NCBI RefSeq assembly: GCF_018977255.1
Contig: NW_024704743.1
Span: 36,582,001 to 36,646,000 of the forward strand
DNA from: Callorhinchus milii
Lineage: Eukaryota
DNA length: 64,000 nt
Direction: 5' to 3'
Positions 25,731-39,096 of the stretch are shown one piece after another. Position 1 is the stretch's first letter, and each line of letters starts with the position of its first letter. The notes below the pieces were generated by a model. It was not told the origin of the DNA. It saw only the letters and a list, made by a program, of their open reading frames with translations, and made no database searches. Both the position numbers and the translations under genes were made by a program.

Positions 25731-26674
25731 TGTCTTCCATCCCATCCACAATCACTTAATTAGTATTGATTGGTCCATGGAAAGCACAGAAGGTGCAGTC
25801 ATAGTGACATACCCATACATATGCCAATCATGTGGAGCCAGTGGTGTCTGCCCAGCACTAGCTTGCGGGAGGTCGGGTTATGATCTTCGTTCTAAAGAGA
25901 TTATCACCAACTGTACCAGACACAGAGCAGCCTGACCTTTTAGCAGGGTTTCAAGATTCACACTGGACTTTCAATATTTGGATTATGTCAAATGGTATTC
26001 TGTCAAAATATTCACTTCCCTATTTCTGATCAAACACTGGGGTCAAGTAGATGACAATTTACTTTTTATGCTCTTGGAAATCAATGCTCCTCTAGACATT
26101 TATTTTCTCTTCCCGAGGGATAAAGGTGATAATGCTATATGTAGCTTCAGAATGATGATCTGCAACATCCTGAATTTGTACAGTCCTTGTCTTATCTCAG
26201 TGCCCATAGCAAAGAATTATCTTCGCAGATATTTAGTCGGATTCTGTATCCAGATCAAGCAAACCTTCTTGTGATTGCTTGTCAATTGACAAGAGTTGAT
26301 TGTTAAGCAAAGGTTTCTTGCGAACAGAGTTGTCATTGTATTGACTTCTAGAAAACCATTGACCAACAAAACCTACAATTTCAAGCTGAAGTTTCATTCA
26401 GAGATCATGCTTTCAACATCATAATGGGTGTCTCAACATCACCTTTGCTATTCTGACCAACTGCCAGTTTGTTATGTCCTGGTCTTCATTTACTTCAGTT
26501 GAATATCAAGAAGATGTAGTTATTTTGTTCAGTTCCTCCAGCACAGACTCTTATCAACCTTCCTGGCAGTTTGCTCAAAAAGAATCAATCAGTGTGTAAT
26601 CTTGATGGTCTTCTTGACCCCTCAGCTGTGCTTCAAGCCCAGTCCATCACGAAGACCAAATTCTTCCACCTACA

Positions 26675-28000
26675 GCAACAACAACAACAAAATTACATTT
26701 ATAGAGGCCTTTCATGTCGGGAGGACGTCCCAAAGCGCTGAACAGTCAGGTGTCGGGGCCCGAGCATGGGGGAGGGGTGGGTTAGGGGTGAGGGAAGGCA
26801 GAGAGGTGGGAGCGAGACCAAAGGCACGGTCGAAGAGAAGGGTCTTGAGACCGACCTTGAAGGAGGCAAGGGAGGAAGCGAGTTGAAGGGACCGTGGGAT
26901 GGAGTTCCAGAGTATGCGGGCAGAGAGGCTGAAAGCCCGGCCACCGATGGTAGGGCGGGTCAGGTGGGAGACATAGAGCAGGCCGGAGCCCGCTGAACGG
27001 AGGGAGCGGGCAGGTTGGTAGGGAGTCAGCAGGTCAGAGGTAGGAGGGGGCAAGGCCATGGATGGCCTTAAAAGGTGAGGACGAGGATCTTGAACTCGAT
27101 CCTCTGGGGAATGGGGAGCCAGTGGAGTCGGGCGAGGGTGGAAGTGATGGGGTCACAGAGCCTGGTGCGTGAGAGTACACAAGCTGCAGAGTTTTGGATG
27201 ATCTGCAGCTTGTGAAGGGAAGAGTTGGGAAGGTAAATGAGGAGGAAGTTCCTGTAATTGAGCCTTGATGTGACGAATGTGTGGGTGAGGGTTTCGGCAG
27301 CCTGAGGGGTGAGGCAGTGGGGGAGTCTGGCAATGTTGCGGAGGTGGTAGTAGGCAGTGCCGGTCATGGCACGGATGTGGGGGAGAGAGGACAGTTCAGG
27401 GTCAAACAGGATACCCAGGTTCCTGACTGGCTCAGTGAGGTTGGGTGTGTAGCCGTGGAGGCTGATGTTGCCAGTGCCCAAGGTGCGGAGGTGCTGGCGC
27501 GAGCCAATCAGGAAGGCCTCGGTCTTGCTGACAGTGAGTTGGAGAAAGTTGTCCCTCATCCAGGACTTGATGTCGGACAGGCAGTCGGTCAGGACGCCAG
27601 AAGTCCTGGAGTTGAGGGTGGAGGCAGAGAGATAGAGTTGGGTGGCATCTGCATACATGTGGAAATTTACCCCATGTCTGCGGATGATGTTACCAAGGGG
27701 GAGCATGTAGAGGGTGAAGAGGAGGAGACCGAGGACAGAGCCCTGAGGAACACCGCACAAGACGGTGCAGGGACTGGAGGCGAAGCCGTTTGCCGCAACG
27801 AAGTGTAGGCGGTGTGTGAAAGATAGGACCTGAACCAGTCAAGGACAGATCCTTGAAGGTTGAGGTGGGAGGAGAAGTGGTGGAGGAGGATTGAGTGGTC
27901 CACGGAGTCAAAGGTGGTGGAGAGGTCGAGGAGGTAGAGGGAGCTCTGGTCACACATGGTCAGGATGTTGTTTGTGACCTTGACCAGAGCAGTTTCCGTG
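26675..28000 (-). mobile_element. L2 LINE, ~1.3 kb 5'-truncated copy
   Basis: ORF 27068..27760 GVPQGSVLG...FHMYADAT (YADD mutated); (caa)n tail. Confidence 0.94.
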
Positions 28001-28949
28001 CAGAACCCTGCTTGCTTATGCCCTCACCCCTGCTCAAAAACTTATGAAAAAACTCATGCCTTTGTTATCTTGAGGATAGACTTCTCGAATGATTTTCTCA
28101 TCTGTTGGTTCTGGTAAACTTTAAAGATCCCGTGGCAATATTTGAAAAGAGAAAGGAGTTTCAACTGGTTTTCTGGCCAACATTCCTCTAGCTAAAGTTA
28201 GCCATTTATCTCCTGACTGCTTGTGGGACATTGGTGTGTGCAAATTGTCTGCTACATTTTGCCTCCAAAAACAGTCACTACACTTTTTACAGAAAACGTT
28301 AAAGAACTTTAAGATATTTCAGTGTAATAAGATGCTATATGAAATGCAAAGTTTATTTGGTGTCTGTCCTTTGAACATCTTACCTCTTATGCATTAAATT
28401 CTTTTCATGGGAAACAGCCTTACTGCTTTCTCTGGTTTTCATTCCCATAGGTACTAAGATTTGGGTATTTCTCACACATAGCTGTGTTTAATTTGGCATT
28501 GGAATTCAGTAATGCTTCATTTCTATTCCGCTCCCTGTTCCTATTAAAATTCTTCAGCAAACAAAATGATCCGCTTTATATCTGCCTTTCCAGCACTCTG
28601 ATCTGGAACAGTGCTTCCATTATGTCAAAGTTATCCAGGATTCATTTTCTGTTGATCCTATAAAGTTTTCACCTCTTCCCAAAAAAATTGACAGCTATTT
28701 GTGTCTATGAGCCTTCTAGGAAATTTGGCTCCAAGCAAAGATTGATAAGTGCTTAGCAGAGTGCAGTCTTTTACCAGCTGTTGCTAAGAGACCTTTGGGA
28801 TGTGTGAAGGGTCACTCAATTCGCTCCACAGCTGTTTCTTGAACTTCAACAGTTATCCATACATAATATTGGGTAAGACTGCTACATGGATAAATCCTTC
28901 AACATTGTTTAGATTTGGCAGCTGTGGGCAATGCCCAGTTTGGTATCAA

Positions 28950-29352
28950 ATAATCCTTGCATTTGATCTAATGCATTTAGCGACACAACATCGCAAAGTG
29001 CTTCAAGGAGAATTGCCATTAAGTGTAGTGATTATGTAGATGTAGGAAAACACATCAATATTCCACAAACAGCCATGAGGTGAAAAATAAATTAATCAGG
29101 CAGATTGTTGCTCAAGACACCGGGAGAAACTCCTTTCTCTTGTTGAATAGTGCCATGAGATCTTTAACAACCACTTAAACAGGTAGATATTTCAGTTTCC
29201 CATTTCATCCAAAGCATACGGTCAACAATACAGCATTTTCCCCCACAGCTGTAAAGGAATGTTATCCTGAACAATGAGTTCAAATTCCTAATTAGAGGCT
29301 TGAACGCATCTGCTCCAGAGGCGAGAGTGCTACCAACTAAGCCAAGTTGACA
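28950..29352 (-). mobile_element. Older Deu-domain SINE (SacSINE1-like)
   Basis: aatagtgccatgagatctttaac core; ggcgagagtgctaccaactaagcc is the antisense tRNA head. Confidence 0.65.
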
Positions 29353-29367
29353 CGTTGTCTATTTTGT

Positions 29368-30352
29368 GGAGTTCTGTAGTGTGGTTAGTGCGCTCGCCTC
29401 GCAAGCGAGAGGACCCGGGTTCGATTCCCTAGCGGGGCTAAACCAACAAAAACAAAATTACATTTATATAGCGCCTTTCACATTGGAAGGACGTCCCAAG
29501 GCGCTGGACAGACAGAGTTACGGACCCGAGCAAAGGGTTGGGAGGGGGGAGGGCAGGGGGGAAGCAGGGAGATCAAAAGCACGGTTGAAGAGGAGGGTCT
29601 TGAGGCGGGCCTTGAAGGTGATAAGGGAGGGGGCGAGACGGATGGATGGATGGAGTTCCAAAGGGTGGGTGCAGAGTGGCAGAAAGCCCACCTGCCAATA
29701 GTGGGACGAGCAAGGCGGGGGACATGAAGCAGGCCAGAGCCCGCTGAGCGGAGGGAGCGAACAGTGTGGTAGGGGGCTACGAGGTCGGAGAGGTAGGGGG
29801 AGCAAGACCATTGAGGGCTTTGAAGGTGAGGACCAGGATCTTGAACTGTATCCTCTGTGTGATGGGAAGCCAGTGGAGTTGGGCAAGGATGGGGGTGATA
29901 GGGTCGCGGAGCCTAGTGCGGCAGAGGGCATGAGCTGCAGAGTTCTGGATGATCTGCAACCTGTGGAGGGAGGAGTAGGGGAGGCCGACAAGCAGTGAGT
30001 TTGTATAGTTGAGCCTCGATGTAATGAAAGCGTGTATGAGGATATTTATTATGTATTGTGGTGTATTCCCATAGGCAAATTTCCTTAGTCCACACGTCTC
30101 TGTTTACCTAGCAGTAAGATGGAACCCAGTTGTTAGTCGATTGGCGGATCACTTTCCAGGGCTAATAATTCCTCCAAAAAAATAATAATGTGGTGTCTCA
30201 ATCCATGACTGTGCATCATTGCTGTGCGCAATTGACTGACACATTTTGCCCACAAAATACAGTCAGTCCCCTTTACTATATACTGTGAAACGCTTTGAGA
30301 CATCTCGATGACATTATAAGTCACTATTTCAAATGCAAGGATTATTATTATT
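29368..30352 (+). mobile_element. Long-form tRNA-Ala SINE split by an antisense L2 insertion (L2 at about 29444-30041)
   Basis: Head at 29368-29443 (CGC anticodon, gggttcgattcc B box). The body resumes at about 30065 and ends aaatgcaaggattattatt. Confidence 0.75.
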
Positions 30353-33010
30353 AGAAAGGCTTTGCTTTTACTTGGTCTTCAGCTACCTGCAAGATTCCAA
30401 CACCACTCCACTTGATAGAATACTTGGTCCAACTCACGCACTATGTGGAGGATAGCTTGATTGAATGAGAAATCATTACTGACGTTTTACAGTCTTTATT
30501 TTTCAAATTAAATAACATGTAATTTCATGAAAACTTTTACATCCTCTTGTGTAATCTTCTGTGACAGCGGTTCCAAATAAAAAAAAGGAACAAACTGAAT
30601 GCTGCAGTAAACAAGCCTGCATTTAAAATTGGGGGGAGGAAGAAAAGTCTCTTTCAGAATGGCTATTCAAAGCAACCATTATTAGGATGTCACATGCAGA
30701 CTCTGTGAACATTTTAAATGCACCTTCAATATTGATTCAGTGTAAGAACTGGATCAAATCAACCTGTAAATGTTTGCTTTTAAGAAGAAATTCCTTTTTA
30801 TTGCTGATTTTGGTGACCAGAAGGATTATATTCACTCTGCAGAGTAATCTGTGAACACAAAGCTTGGAATTTTCATGAACAGAATAATGGCTGCCTACAA
30901 TTCAGCATTGAGACCAGAGCCATCCACTTTAAAATGCAAGNAAAAAAACTTGACGTGTTAACAACCACATGGTGGCAGCAATAACCTTTTGTTGAAACAT
31001 CTATAAATTTCAGGTTTGGTTTTTCAGATAATGGGGAGAAATTCCATCCAATTTGCTCTACATTTGTAGCATTCGTGAGCATCCAGAATTTGGCCTATTG
31101 TTAAATACAGCTTCAGTTTTGAAGCTAGTTTTGTATGAAGAACTACAGAAAACAATTTGACAAAATTCAGGACAGTAGTCAAAGTCAGAAGTTTTATATC
31201 CCCTTTTTTACTAGAGAAGCAATATGATATTGTTTCCAGTAGAAGAGCGATTTGAAGCAGCTCCAGATACATTATCTGCTTCAAACTGCTTATCTCTAGG
31301 GCTAATGAGAACTTGTTTTTAGCTCCATGTGTGTAGAATTGTGCAAACGGGCAGTTCATTTATAATGTTGTTAAAAAGTCAGGAGTGTGATCTGCCAATT
31401 AATAACAGTAAACCTTTATGACAATGAATTGTTCAAGAACCTTTAAACATAAAAGTTTCATGTTTTAAAGTTTGTTTGAAATTCTAATAAAGTAAAACTT
31501 GTTTTATGTACTACACCTTCAGTATCGATTTAAGAGCCATATATACCTCATCAAGTCAAGACTAACAGATTAGAATAAACCAAGTATTGAATTCATAATC
31601 TTTTGAGACTGATATTTGGAAAATATGTTTTATGACTATATAGTTATTAGTCTATAATTCTAAGAATGTTTTCAGAAGCTGCTGGTATTCACGCTGGCAA
31701 TCCCTTGTTGACACATAAGGAAAGCTGGCAAAAATAAAGGCAAGCTGTAAAAATAAGTCTCAGGAGATATGTACTGCTTTGAAATAAAAAACATCTGCAC
31801 AATCAAATGAACAGAGAGTGATTTAGCACTGCAGTAATAAAATGAATTGCAAAAATCTGCCAAAATCCACTTACATCACATAACTGGCAGAAGTTCACAG
31901 GTTATGAAAAAGTTTAAATATGGTACTTTGACCAAATTAATCTGTCTTTTTTTAATGCCCTATTTAATTTCAGTGTGACCAGCCACTGTGTACATTAAAG
32001 TATAAAAACAGGTGTGACACGAGGGAATTTAAAAATCAACTTTTTATTTAAGATGCTTCGTAATGAGTTTTGTTTCTTCTCCACATTAGGGACCTCCTCT
32101 GCTACCATCAATCAATGATTTTAGTTCTATGCTGATAAATGAGCAAACTCAGTGATCAACTTCCTTCACATCGCACACCATCAGTGTACATAAGCTTGAT
32201 TCTATCGGAAGTGTAATAACTGAATCACTAAACCTTGATTTCAGTCACGCAATTTGCATAGAGCAATTCAATTCTTGTAAATTTCAACTCTTCAAAAGTT
32301 TCTTGATGTTCCTTGGAAGTCCAAAGGCTGCCATGGCTGTTCATGGCTTCACTTTTAATTCTCTATCTATCAATAATCTTGGCCTCAATCTCTATTATGA
32401 CTCAAATGGAACTCTCACATCTCTATTGGTGAAGGAGCTTTTTTTAAGTCAAATACTGTGTTTCCCTACAACAATTCGTATCTCTTTATACGACCCATAA
32501 TCGGTGCAAGGCTTGATTATTTTTGGACAGGTCACAATAAAAATCGGTTTCTCACATCCAACCTTCAATGTCCATCTCACCCTTTCTGGCCTTTTATTTG
32601 AGCTAATCTGCACCTGATACTCTCTGGAATTGGATAAGCAGAGTGTATCTCTACAAGGAGAATGTGCAATCCATTCCAAACACAGGGAAATTTTACCCAC
32701 AAAATACACAGACAATCCACTGTGCAGTATACTCCTTGAAGTGCTTTGAGACATCTTGGAGATGTGATAAGGCGCGATATCAAATACAAAGTTTATTATT
32801 ACATGTAGTCGGAATACATAGATGGAACTCTCAATTTCGTCTAAAATTAATTTTGGTTGGGCAGAAGATGAGTTTTGCCCCTCCTTGGCAGATGAACCCT
32901 GTAAAATAAGTGTTGACCAAAACATACAACCCTAGAAATGAAAAATGCTTGCTTCAAAATAAAAAGAGCTGGATTTGAAAAAGAACAAACTTTTTACTGG
33001 GAGGGGTGTG

Positions 33011-33024
33011 CTGCCACCTAGTGG
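33011..33024 (-). promoter_or_regulatory. CTCF consensus motif CCACTAGGTGGCAG
   Basis: Plus strand reads ctgccacctagtgg, a close match to the established CTCF core. Motif match only. Confidence 0.55.
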
Positions 33025-33713
33025 AGGAAGGTTAACACCGGTGATAGTTAAGGAGTACCACAAGTGTTTCTCCCTCCAGGGAGAGAGTGCGCATTCCATT
33101 CCCACAATCTATCTCTGGAATTTCCATGTGTAGGTGGGATGCATGGAAATCTCAACTTGATTTGGATCCTCTTAAGCATGGTGATGGGTTTCCATATGTG
33201 TCAGATGGCCAGCTGACCAAAAACAAGTTTCTCCTCAATTTCAGTAATGCAATGAACATTGTTCTTCCAAATGTTTTCCGTAACACAATTGAACACATTC
33301 TTCTCTTTGTATTTTCAGTGTGCTAAAATCAAGATTCATTGTACCACCATTTTCCAAATTATTTTTTCACAGAATTTCATGACCTGGATTCTTTATTGCT
33401 CTGCCTTTCCTAACTGCTTTGAGCTTTTTTGATGTGATAAGGTACTACAAAATTGTAGGTGCTTCATTTCTGTTTCCTCCTCCAGCAATGCACCAATCTT
33501 TGAAAACCAAACTTGGCTTTACCAATTGACTTGACTTGTCTTTCTTGTTTATTCTTTTCAACCTTTGTGATGGCCCTGCCTTTCACTCTTCGTGTAGGTT
33601 TCTCAATTTTTCCACATAGCTTAAACTTAATTAGAAGAATATCAACAACTATTGTTAGTCTTGTTCATTTTAGAATCATAATGTTAAATAGCATCTATCT
33701 TTTTGCTTTTCAG

Positions 33714-33792
33714 TCGTGCCAAGGTAGTTCGTCTAATTGGGTTGTTAGCCTGTCACACAACTGAACTGAAGGATGATGTACAAATTTCAGAG
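33714..33792 (+). CDS. ULK4: ULK4 internal exon I, RAKVVRLIGLLACHTTELKDDVQISE
   Basis: ttttgcttttcag acceptor, GAG|gtaaga donor, phase 2-0. Matches human RAKVAHVIGLLASHTAELQENTPVVE. Confidence 0.96.
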
Positions 33793-35097
33793 GTAAGATG
33801 CTATAAGATCATTTAACACTAAACTTTTAATGAGTGTAGTTTAATTTAGCTTTTTACATCCAAAAGAAAATATTTGATTGGATAGATTCAAAATGAAGAT
33901 ATTCCATTTCTTTTTGATGAAAATTGCCATGTTCTGAGATGTGTTACCACCAATGGTCCCAATTAACATCAGTGAATTTAACAATCTTATAATAATCAAC
34001 ACATTGACTCTTACCCGTCTGTGCTTCAATGAAGCCCCAACACACCTTCCCAATGAGAAGATGGTTTGCCCAAGCTTTGGATTTCATGAGATAATGGTTT
34101 TAATTGAATTTTTTGTGTTAACTGGCAATCCAGTTCTGCAAGATGAAAGTCCCAACAGTTCAGTGTTAGTTAACATTACAATATTGCAATTTTCACCCTA
34201 TTGTGAGTTTGATCCAGCATTTATTCATTTTTGGAACTTTAAGACAATCTCAGTCTTATTCTGCATTGCTGCACCTACTTTTAGTTGGAGACTTGTTAAG
34301 TAAAAAATATGATCCTGTTCCATCATCTTTCACAAGTTTAGTATATTTAGGTCTCGTTTCACGGCGACAGCTATTGGCAGAAAAGGAAAGCATTTAAAAC
34401 CAAAGGATTTGGATATGATCGATAAGATAATTGACAGTCATTTGTAAAATAGAAGCGTAGGGCTCTGAACTGATGAAAGAATGTTACAGTAATTATTGAG
34501 CACTGACAAGATAAGGCAATTGAAATGATTGCTATATCAGTAGATGGACATCTCTTGTAACAAATGAGAAGTGTATCACAAGTGATATCCTGAAGTAACT
34601 AGTGTTTGTAATGATATTTTATGCTTCATTTGTGCAAAATACATTCTGTGATTATTCACATCAGTACAATTTTACTTTGCCAAGAAGCTTATGTTTTTTT
34701 TGAATGGTGAATTAGCTCTTTGCAATTCCAAACTTGTCAGTTGAAGTTGCTGTTTTACTAAGTTTGTGTAACACTAATGTAAACAGGTCCCTCCTAACCT
34801 AGATATTATCACTTAATATTCAGCCAAAAAGCTGTATAATTTAATACTCTAAATTCAGCAGTTTCTCCTAATATCAATCTTCTGAAAAGAAACCTCCACT
34901 TATCTTGAAATATAATGTCCATATTTACACCAAATAACAGTAATCCTTGCATTTCATATACTGTAATGCCTTTAGCATTCAAAAGTCTCAAAATACTCCA
35001 CAGGGAATTGCAGTAATGTGTACTGAATGCAGTATTTGTAGACACAAATTGGAACCATTTTGCATACAGCAAAATCCCACAAGGAGCCATTCTCTTT

Positions 35098-35300
35098 TTG
35101 AGAAAGGAAAGTGAGTCAACGTTTCAGGTCCACAACCATTTGTCAGAACTGGGGCTTGTTGGGAGGGAGAGGCTTTTAAGGGCTAATAGAGAGGGGGTGG
35201 GGGGTGGGCAGAGCAAGGAAGACAAAGGCGAAAATGGGGTAGAGGACAGGGGATGATGGGTTGAACAGGTGTTAATGATGCAAAACAAAGGGGGGGGGGT
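35098..35300 (-). mobile_element. Penelope-like element terminal fragment
   Basis: Minus strand reads ttctgacaaatggttgtggacctgaaacgttgactcactttcctttctc; shares sequence with the 38896-39096 arms. Confidence 0.55.
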
Positions 35301-37619
35301 ATTGCAACAAAGCTTGTTGTGCATCTTCAACACCTCTTCAACACCTAGTGGAAGAATAACATTGCATTGTAATTCCTCGTAGAACTGTTCAACGTTTCTT
35401 TATTCGTAGAATACTCTAAATAGCATTCTGTATTTTAGTTAATAGGAAAATGTCACTGTGGTTTTAAAAAGCTATGTATATTATTTACATCACATTTTTA
35501 AATAATATATTCAGTCAATATATTAAATCTCCAGTATCCTATGACCTGGAGTAGTTATATTTGTTTTTCCCCATAATTGACGTTTTGGAACTGTTATATA
35601 TGTCCTTGACCAAGACAGCTTTTCTCTATCATGACCTCTATCATGGCCCCACTCCCAAAGAAGTTGAAACTTTCGTCCACACCTTAGTTACCTCCAGACT
35701 TCTCAAATGGCATTTGATCCTCCACAAATTCCAGAGTTCTGCACCCAGATCCTCTCCCACACTAGGCTCTGCATGCCCATCACCCCCTTCCAGGCTCCCT
35801 GACTATTGGATCAGCTTCAAGATCTTCTTTCTTACTTTAAATTCCTTCCTCATCTTTCCCTATTTCTGCAATCTCCTCCAGCCCTACTATCTATCCCACT
35901 CACTTCGCTTTGCAAACTCAGGCCTCTATTTCCTCGCCTTTTACTGCCTCATCATTCTGAGCTTACAGTACCTATGCACTCCCCACCCCAACTCTCTTTC
36001 AAACGTCCCTCTGCTTTGTTCTTTCCCTTTTTCCAAACACCTACTTCAGCCACCTCTTTCCTATCCTACCTTTCTCTGGTTTCTACACCATCCCTGTTAA
36101 AACTTACAAGATGTTATCTTATGGAAAGGCACCATGTAAATACAGGTTTTTCTTGTTCATAATTTTAACATCAACTGGAAGTGATCATAAATTGTTTCCT
36201 TATAAGGTGGAAATTTGAAGGGAGGCCCCTCCTATTTCTCCTGTCCCAACTGTTTTTGTATATATCCTGACAGTATATTATAGAGCAGCAAAACTTGCCT
36301 ACCCTCGATTTTGATAGACATATTGTTGTACACAATTTGAGTAGGAAAAAAACAATATGCTTGTACATATCACAGTTGTAATGAACAATATCTATTTACA
36401 TGCCAGCAGGTTGAAAATGTCAACCTCTACAATATATATATTTTCATATGTGAAGGGCTAACATGGATCCTGGTGATGATAATCAATTTGGGACAAATAC
36501 AAACGATTCTCACACAATTGCAATATATGACTTTCGGCCTGAATGACTTCTCTTTATGTCATTGCTGTATAATCAGTTTTTCTGAAGTTATTTATTTTGT
36601 GTAGTACATAATCCAGGGTAATTAAACTAAAAACCACATTAAAAGAGATGCATTATGAAAGAAAATTGGATTAGTCTGGAGCCTCAGGTGTCTTGAGCTT
36701 TATGTTCAATTAATCATTACTTTTCAAAAGAATTTTTGTTTAACTTGAGCCTGGTTGCTTGTACTCTTTTTGTGACTTCAGCCTGTGTTTTCACAGCTGC
36801 TCATCACATGCTGCAGTAGTTCTCTACTTGCAAGGGTAGGCAAATGGGTCAGCACTCCAAAACAGCCTCAAATCCCTTTGCCATTGTATTACTAGTGAAA
36901 GGTACCTCTCTGTTTGATAAATTAATTGCACAGTGGCCCAATTTCCTTATGACCTAGGAACCAGATTTAAATAGGAATACTTACAAATAAATCCATTCAA
37001 GCATCAATTTCCAATCGGAGAGAAAACCTTGTGGTATGGACCAGGTTTAACCTTTCACTGTAAGATATAACTATTAATTTTGATTTTTATTCTTGTTGTG
37101 GAACTGGTATTCGAAACATGCACAATATGTGCATGAAAAGGCTTAATCGTTTCTGACTGCATATGCAAGAGAGAGTGAGCAAACAGCAAAACAGAAGGTT
37201 CTGTGCCAATAATGGTTGTCAGAACCATTTAGTTGTGTTGTGCCAAGAGGGTCATTTTTAAACTATTATAATACATATTCCTACATTCTGCACACAGGCA
37301 GAAATCCCATCTGGGTTTAGATTTATTCTAATGATGTAGCATTTTAGACTGTCCAGAAATTGGCAAATTGTTGAATTCAGTCTTCCTTTTGAAGACTATA
37401 TTCTGTAGTTCTTAACATAACTTAGTGTAATTGGGGATTGCTCAAGAAGTGACATTAGCAACAGTTCCTGGACATGGCATCCATACACAATGTGCAGCAA
37501 GTGACATCAGCGATGCTTCGTGCACATTGTGTGCTCGTGCACAAAGTGTCATCAGTGGCGATCTGATGACCCAAAAGGCAGCCTGTTTCATAGTGTGGGA
37601 AACCAGCTAATATTCTTCA

Positions 37620-38535
37620 AAACCTGCATCCAAACACTAACTTGCTCAACTTTTCCTCACCTTGTAACATTGCCCACCTTCAACCACTACCTCTTCCCTG
37701 CTGAGATCCTCATCCATGCATCATTACATTCAGGCTCATTTATTTGAACACCCTGCTCACCGTTTTCTCTACATCCTCCCTACATAAGTCTATCCAGAAC
37801 TCTGCAGTCTGTGTTCTCTTCTACAGCCCGTGTCCTCTCCTGCACGAGGCTCAGTGACCCAATCACTCCCATCCTCCCTCATCTCCACTGGTTTACCATC
37901 CCATAGTAGAACAAATTCAAGTTCCTTATCCTCACTTTCAAGTCTCTTCGTGGTTTCACCCACCCTATCTCTGTGACCTCATTTGACCCTGCTGTCTCAA
38001 ATGCACCCTCTGCTCATCCTGTTTCATGTTCTCTATCCAATCTGCCCCACCAGGAGCAAGCTTTCAGCCATACTGCCCTGTTCTCTGGAACGCCATCCTG
38101 GAGTTCCTCCACCTTGCACCCTCCCTCTTTCAGGGCGAAACCTTGGGCAAGTTTCCTTACTCCGCATAATAATTATCCCTCCAAAAAATAAAACAATAAT
38201 AAATTGGTCATTTTTAATCTACGACTGTTTGTGGAACACTGCTGTGCGCATTTGAAGTTATTTATTTTGTGTAGTACATAACTAGTGAAAGGTTTCACCC
38301 ACAAATATACAGTCAATTCAACATATTCTGTGAAGCCCTTTGAGACGTCTAGAAGATGTGAAAAGCACTATATCAAATGCAAAGATTATTATTAGTAGTA
38401 GTATTAGCTTTTCAACCACTTCTTCAGCCACCTTTCCGCCTCTCTTCACCAGCTCGGACTTCCAATCACCTTTATGAACTGTTTTGAGATGTCCTCGCTA
38501 TGTGAAAAGCGCTATATAAATGTAAATTGTTGTGG
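37620..38535 (+). mobile_element. Old L2 3' region interrupted by a headless SINE (38133-38400)
   Basis: tccagaactctgcag...ctccactgg L2 motifs; the L2 tail resumes at about 38410 after the SINE. Confidence 0.75.
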
Positions 38536-38895
38536 ATCTAAAACGGATAAACAAATTGGATTTTGACTGGCAATTTGAGAAAGCAGCTGGTAAATCTTTT
38601 ATTGCATTTTGGAATCATCATTTATTTATATTTGGTAAATTATGTATATACTTGTCTTATTGGCGTATTTATTTTTTAAAATAAGTATCAGGATTATTGT
38701 ATTGAACACCTTTTTGTGAGTATACATTAGATAGATAGATTTTATATTGTTTACTTTGAAACAAAGACCAAGGATCTAGGTGTAACATACTGCTTGTTCT
38801 TTACTTTTTCTATTTTCTCCTCTTGCTCCGTTCTTTACCCAAAGATATGATTTTCTAGATGCTGACAATTTTCTTACCAAAGTGGCTATTCTTCA

Positions 38896-39096
38896 TGAAC
38901 AAAACACAAAATACTGCAGATGCTGGAAATCTGAAACAAAAACAGAGAGAGCTGGGAACACTCAGCAGGTCAGGCAGATTCTATGGAGAAAGGAAAGTGA
39001 GTCAATGTTTTGTGGAGCTGAAATGTTGACTCACTTTCCTTTCTCCGTAGATGCTGCCTGACCTGCTAAGTTTTCCCAGTCTCTCTGTTTTTGTTT
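38896..39096. mobile_element. Palindromic Penelope-type mini-element with 13-bp flanking direct repeat
   Basis: Inverted arms at 38934-39010 and 39020-39097. tggctattcttca occurs at 38883-38895 and 39097-39109. Confidence 0.75.

Noticed and set aside
27068..27760. Active reverse transcriptase or novel RT system (also 51493-52125 and 60066-60626)
   Set aside because: 5'-truncated L2 fragments with frameshifts, no endonuclease domain and mutated YADD motifs.
30941..30941. Single N base
   Set aside because: Assembly ambiguity at the edge of a poly-A run; not biological.
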